64,000 bases of DNA, taken from Phenylobacterium sp. (GTDB lineage Bacteria; Pseudomonadota; Alphaproteobacteria; Caulobacterales; Caulobacteraceae). This document shows, one piece after another, positions 60,925-64,000 of this stretch (position 1 is the stretch's first letter; each line of letters opens with the position of its first letter). The DNA is taken from assembly GCF_013822795.1 (NCBI RefSeq), contig NZ_PNLB01000005.1, positions 77,432 to 141,431 on the forward strand, given 5' to 3'. The position numbers and the translations under genes were made by a program. The notes under the pieces were generated by a model. It saw nothing but the letters and a program-made list of their open reading frames with translations, was not told where the DNA came from and searched no databases.

Positions 60925-62478
60925 TCAGGCAGCGGCCCTGCCCAGGACCGCCTGGATGCCGGCCAGCAGGCTGACGGCCGTGATCGGCTTGGCGACGTGC
61001 AGGTCGGCGCCGGCGGCGCGCGCCTCGTCCAGATGCTCGGCCATGGCGTTGGCGCTGAGCATGACGATCGGGGCCGGGGCGCGGCTATGCTCGGTCTCCA
61101 GCGCACGGATGGCGCGGGTGGCGCTGAGGCCGTCCATGTTCGGCATTTGCATGTCCATCAGCACCAGGTCGAAGTGACCGGCGGCGTAGGCTTCGAGCGC
61201 GAGGGCGCCGTCCTCGACCGTGACCACATCGGCGCCCTGGCTGGCGAGGATCAGCTGGACGACGCGCTGGTTGGTCGGGTGGTCCTCGGCCAGCAGCACC
61301 CGCAGGGGGCCGGCGGCGGGGCCCGGGTCGGCCAGGGCGGGGCGGATGCTGCGCGGCTCGCCCGCGGGTTGGGCGCGCGCCAGCGGCAGGGCGACGACGA
61401 AGCGGCTGCCGACGCCCGGCTGCGAGGTCGCCGAGATCTCGCCGCCCATCATCTGGGCCAGTGAGCGGCAGATCGACAGGCCAAGGCCCGTGCCGCCGAA
61501 GCGGCGGCTGATGGTCTCGTCGGCCTGGCTGAAGCGGTTGAACAGCCGTTTGGCGTGCTCGGCGTCGAAACCAACGCCGGTGTCCTCGACCACCAGGGTC
61601 AGGCGAGCCTCGTCGCTGACGTCCAGCCGCAGGGCGACGCTGCCGCTCGGCGTGAACTTGATGGCGTTGGAGAGCAGGTTGGCGACGATCTGAGCGATGC
61701 GGGCGCCGTCGCCGAGGAAGCGGCCGTGCGCGCCCGGGCCGCTGGCCAGCTCGAAGGTCAGGCCCTTGTCCTGGGCGCGATAGCGCATGACCTCGATGCA
61801 GGGGCCAAGCACCTGGTCGAGGTCGAAGGGCGCGATCTCCAGCGGCAGCTCGCCGGCCTCGATCTTGGAGACATCGAGAATGTCGGAGACCAGCCGCTCC
61901 AGCACCGTGCCGGAATCGCGGATCAGGGCGACCATCTCGGCCTGGTCGACGGCCAGCGGCGTGCGCGCCAGGGCGTCGACGATGCCGATGACGCCGTTAA
62001 GCGGGGTGCGGATCTCGTGGCTCATATTGGCCAGGAAGTCCGACTTGGCGCGGCTGGCCGCCTCGGCGGAGGCCTTGGCCTCGACCAGCGCGCGTTCGGC
62101 GGCGACGCGGTCGGTGACGTCGCGCGCCACGCCGTAGATGCGGTCGCCGCGGCGCTGGGCGCGCCATTCCAGGGTCAGGTAGCGGCCGTCCTGGCAGCGA
62201 TAGCGGTTGATGAAGCCGAGCACCGGCGCGCCCGGCTCGCGGTTCTCGACCTCGTCGACGCTGCCGAGGGTGGCGGGCATGTCGTCGGGGTGGACCAGGT
62301 CCAGCAGCCGCCGGCCGACCATGGCCTCGGGGTCGTGGCCCAGCAGGCTGGCCCAGGACGAACTGGCCTTGAGCACCCGCCCTTCGAGGTCGCGGATCAC
62401 CAGCAGGTCGAGCGAGACGTCGAAGAAGCTAGCGGCGTCCACGATCGGTTCGTCTGGGACGAGCGGCTCGTGGGTCAT
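60925..62478 (-). CDS. Cytoplasmic PAS-domain hybrid histidine kinase/response regulator
   Basis: PAS (VHPDD), H-box [10 protein letters not shown] boxes (NAIKFT, DTGVG, GGTGLGL), receiver (AEDH, LMDMQMP, KP). Confidence 0.96.
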   Translation of the reverse strand: MTHEPLVPDEPIVDAASFFDVSLDLLVIRDLEGRVLKASSSWASLLGHDPEAMVGRRLLDLVHPDDMPATLGSVDEVENREPGAPVLGFINRYRCQDGRYLTLEWRAQRRGDRIYGVARDVTDRVAAERALVEAKASAEAASRAKSDFLANMSHEIRTPLNGVIGIVDALARTPLAVDQAEMVALIRDSGTVLERLVSDILDVSKIEAGELPLEIAPFDLDQVLGPCIEVMRYRAQDKGLTFELASGPGAHGRFLGDGARIAQIVANLLSNAIKFTPSGSVALRLDVSDEARLTLVVEDTGVGFDAEHAKRLFNRFSQADETISRRFGGTGLGLSICRSLAQMMGGEISATSQPGVGSRFVVALPLARAQPAGEPRSIRPALADPGPAAGPLRVLLAEDHPTNQRVVQLILASQGADVVTVEDGALALEAYAAGHFDLVLMDMQMPNMDGLSATRAIRALETEHSRAPAPIVMLSANAMAEHLDEARAAGADLHVAKPITAVSLLAGIQAVLGRAAA

Positions 62479-62659
62479 GGCGGGATGTCCTCGGGTACGC
62501 GGCGGCTATCACCACCAGCAGATAGCCGATCATGGTTAAATCCCGATTGCGGCGGCTAGCCGCGCGCGGGCGATCCGGGGGGCGCCCTCAGGTCGAGGCC
62601 CGATGGCGCCATCGGGGGCGCCGCGGGAGGTTGGAGCTCCAGTCCAGGAGACCATCACC

Positions 62660-64000
62660 ATGCCCGCTGCCGAAACCCCCGATATCCTGCCGCGTCCTGA
62701 TTTCCATTTCACCGGCCAGGTCGGCCGGACCTACAAGGACTCCGATCCCGCCCAGTTCCCGCAGCCGGTCGCCGCCCCGAAGGGCGCGCCGAACATCGTG
62801 CTGATCCTGCTGGACGACGTCGGCTTCGGACAGTTCTCGACCTTCGGGGGCGGCGTGCCGTCGCCGACCATGGACCGGTTGGCCCAGGAGGGCCTGCGCT
62901 TCAACCGCTTCCACACCACGGCCCTGTGCAGCCCGACGCGGGCGGCTCTGATCACCGGGCGCAACCACCACTCGACCTCGTTCGCGGGGATCACCGAAGC
63001 GGCGACCGGCTATGACGGCTATTGCTGCGTGCTGCCGAAGAACTGCGGCACGGTCGGCGAAGTGCTGCGCCAGAACGGCTATATGACCGCCTGGATCGGC
63101 AAGAACCACAACACCCCGACCTGGGAGACCAGCGCCGCCGGGCCGTTCGACCGCTGGGCCAACGGGCTGGGGTTCGACTATTTCTACGGCTTCAACGCCG
63201 GCGACATGAACCACTGGAACCCGCTGCTGTTCGAGAACCGCGACCTGGTTCCGGCCTCGGACGATCCCGACTACCACCTGACCGAGGACCTGGCCGACAA
63301 GGCGGTCGCCTGGGTGCGCAAGGTCAAGAGCATCGCGCCGGACCGTCCCTACTTCCTCTATGTGGCGCCGGGCGCGACCCACGCCCCGCACCAGGCGCCA
63401 CAGTCCTGGATCGACCAGTTCAAGGGCAAGTTCGACATGGGCTGGGACGCCTATCGCGAGCAGGCCCTGGAGCGGCAGAAGAAGCTGGGCGTGGTTCCCA
63501 AGGACACCAAGCTGACCACGCGGTCCAAGGGGCTGCCGGCCTGGGACAGCCTCAACGCCGACCAGAAGCGGCTCTATGCGCGGATGATGGAGGTGTTCGC
63601 CGCCTACGGCGCCCAGGTCGACGCGGCCATGGGGCGGGTGATCGATGCGGTGAAGGACCTGCCCGACGCCGACAACACGATGATCATCTACATCGCCGGC
63701 GACAACGGCTCGAGCGCCGAGGGCGGGCTGGAGGGCTCGCTGAACGAGAACCTGTTCTTCAACGGCATCATCGAGAAGTGGCAGGACAATCTGAAGGTCA
63801 TCGACGAGCTGGGCGGGCCCAAGCACTTCAACCACTTCCCGTCGGCCTGGGCGCACGCGATGAACGCGCCGTTCCAGTGGACCAAGCAGGTGGCCAGCCA
63901 TTTCGGCGGCACGCGCAACCCGATGATCATCAGCTGGCCCGACGGCATCGCCGACAAGGGCGGGCTGCGCGACCAGTTCCTGCACGTCATCGACATCGTG
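62660..64000 (+). CDS. Arylsulfatase (runs off the window)
   Basis: PNIVLILLDDVGFG, formylglycine motif LCSPTRAALITG, GKNH, GDNG. Confidence 0.95.
   Translation, partial: MPAAETPDILPRPDFHFTGQVGRTYKDSDPAQFPQPVAAPKGAPNIVLILLDDVGFGQFSTFGGGVPSPTMDRLAQEGLRFNRFHTTALCSPTRAALITGRNHHSTSFAGITEAATGYDGYCCVLPKNCGTVGEVLRQNGYMTAWIGKNHNTPTWETSAAGPFDRWANGLGFDYFYGFNAGDMNHWNPLLFENRDLVPASDDPDYHLTEDLADKAVAWVRKVKSIAPDRPYFLYVAPGATHAPHQAPQSWIDQFKGKFDMGWDAYREQALERQKKLGVVPKDTKLTTRSKGLPAWDSLNADQKRLYARMMEVFAAYGAQVDAAMGRVIDAVKDLPDADNTMIIYIAGDNGSSAEGGLEGSLNENLFFNGIIEKWQDNLKVIDELGGPKHFNHFPSAWAHAMNAPFQWTKQVASHFGGTRNPMIISWPDGIADKGGLRDQFLHVIDIV

Overview
High-GC alphaproteobacterial chromosome segment. FzlA, Caulobacter-type TonB_C domains and CIR-like repeats point to Caulobacteraceae, probably Phenylobacterium (inference). 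Core genes are gyrB, recF, dnaN, grpE, hrcA, rph, hisC, manC, ilvA, purU, argE, rmlC, tesB, queG and fzlA. Accessory genes lie between them: two TonB-dependent receptor loci, esterases, MFS transporters, TetR/MarR/ArsR regulators, GSTs, GFA proteins, an MCP, a hybrid kinase and a partial arylsulfatase. I found no tRNA, rRNA, CRISPR array, transposase, integrase or prophage. Three families of GC-rich palindromic intergenic repeats recur, some carrying a shared GANTC palindrome. The best candidate novel system is a complete, uncalled transcription unit at about 28440-28706 (minus strand): a sigma70-like promoter, two PhaR-type operators, an RBS, a 35-aa amphipathic microprotein and a terminator. 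Other highlights are a secreted (TonB_C-DUF2059)x2 protein between dnaN and recF, unusual translation signals in hrcA-grpE-yoaK, a GFA paralogue lacking its catalytic-zinc cysteines, a small protein-MCP pair and a PliG-like lipoprotein. All family assignments come from motif recognition and recall, not database searches.
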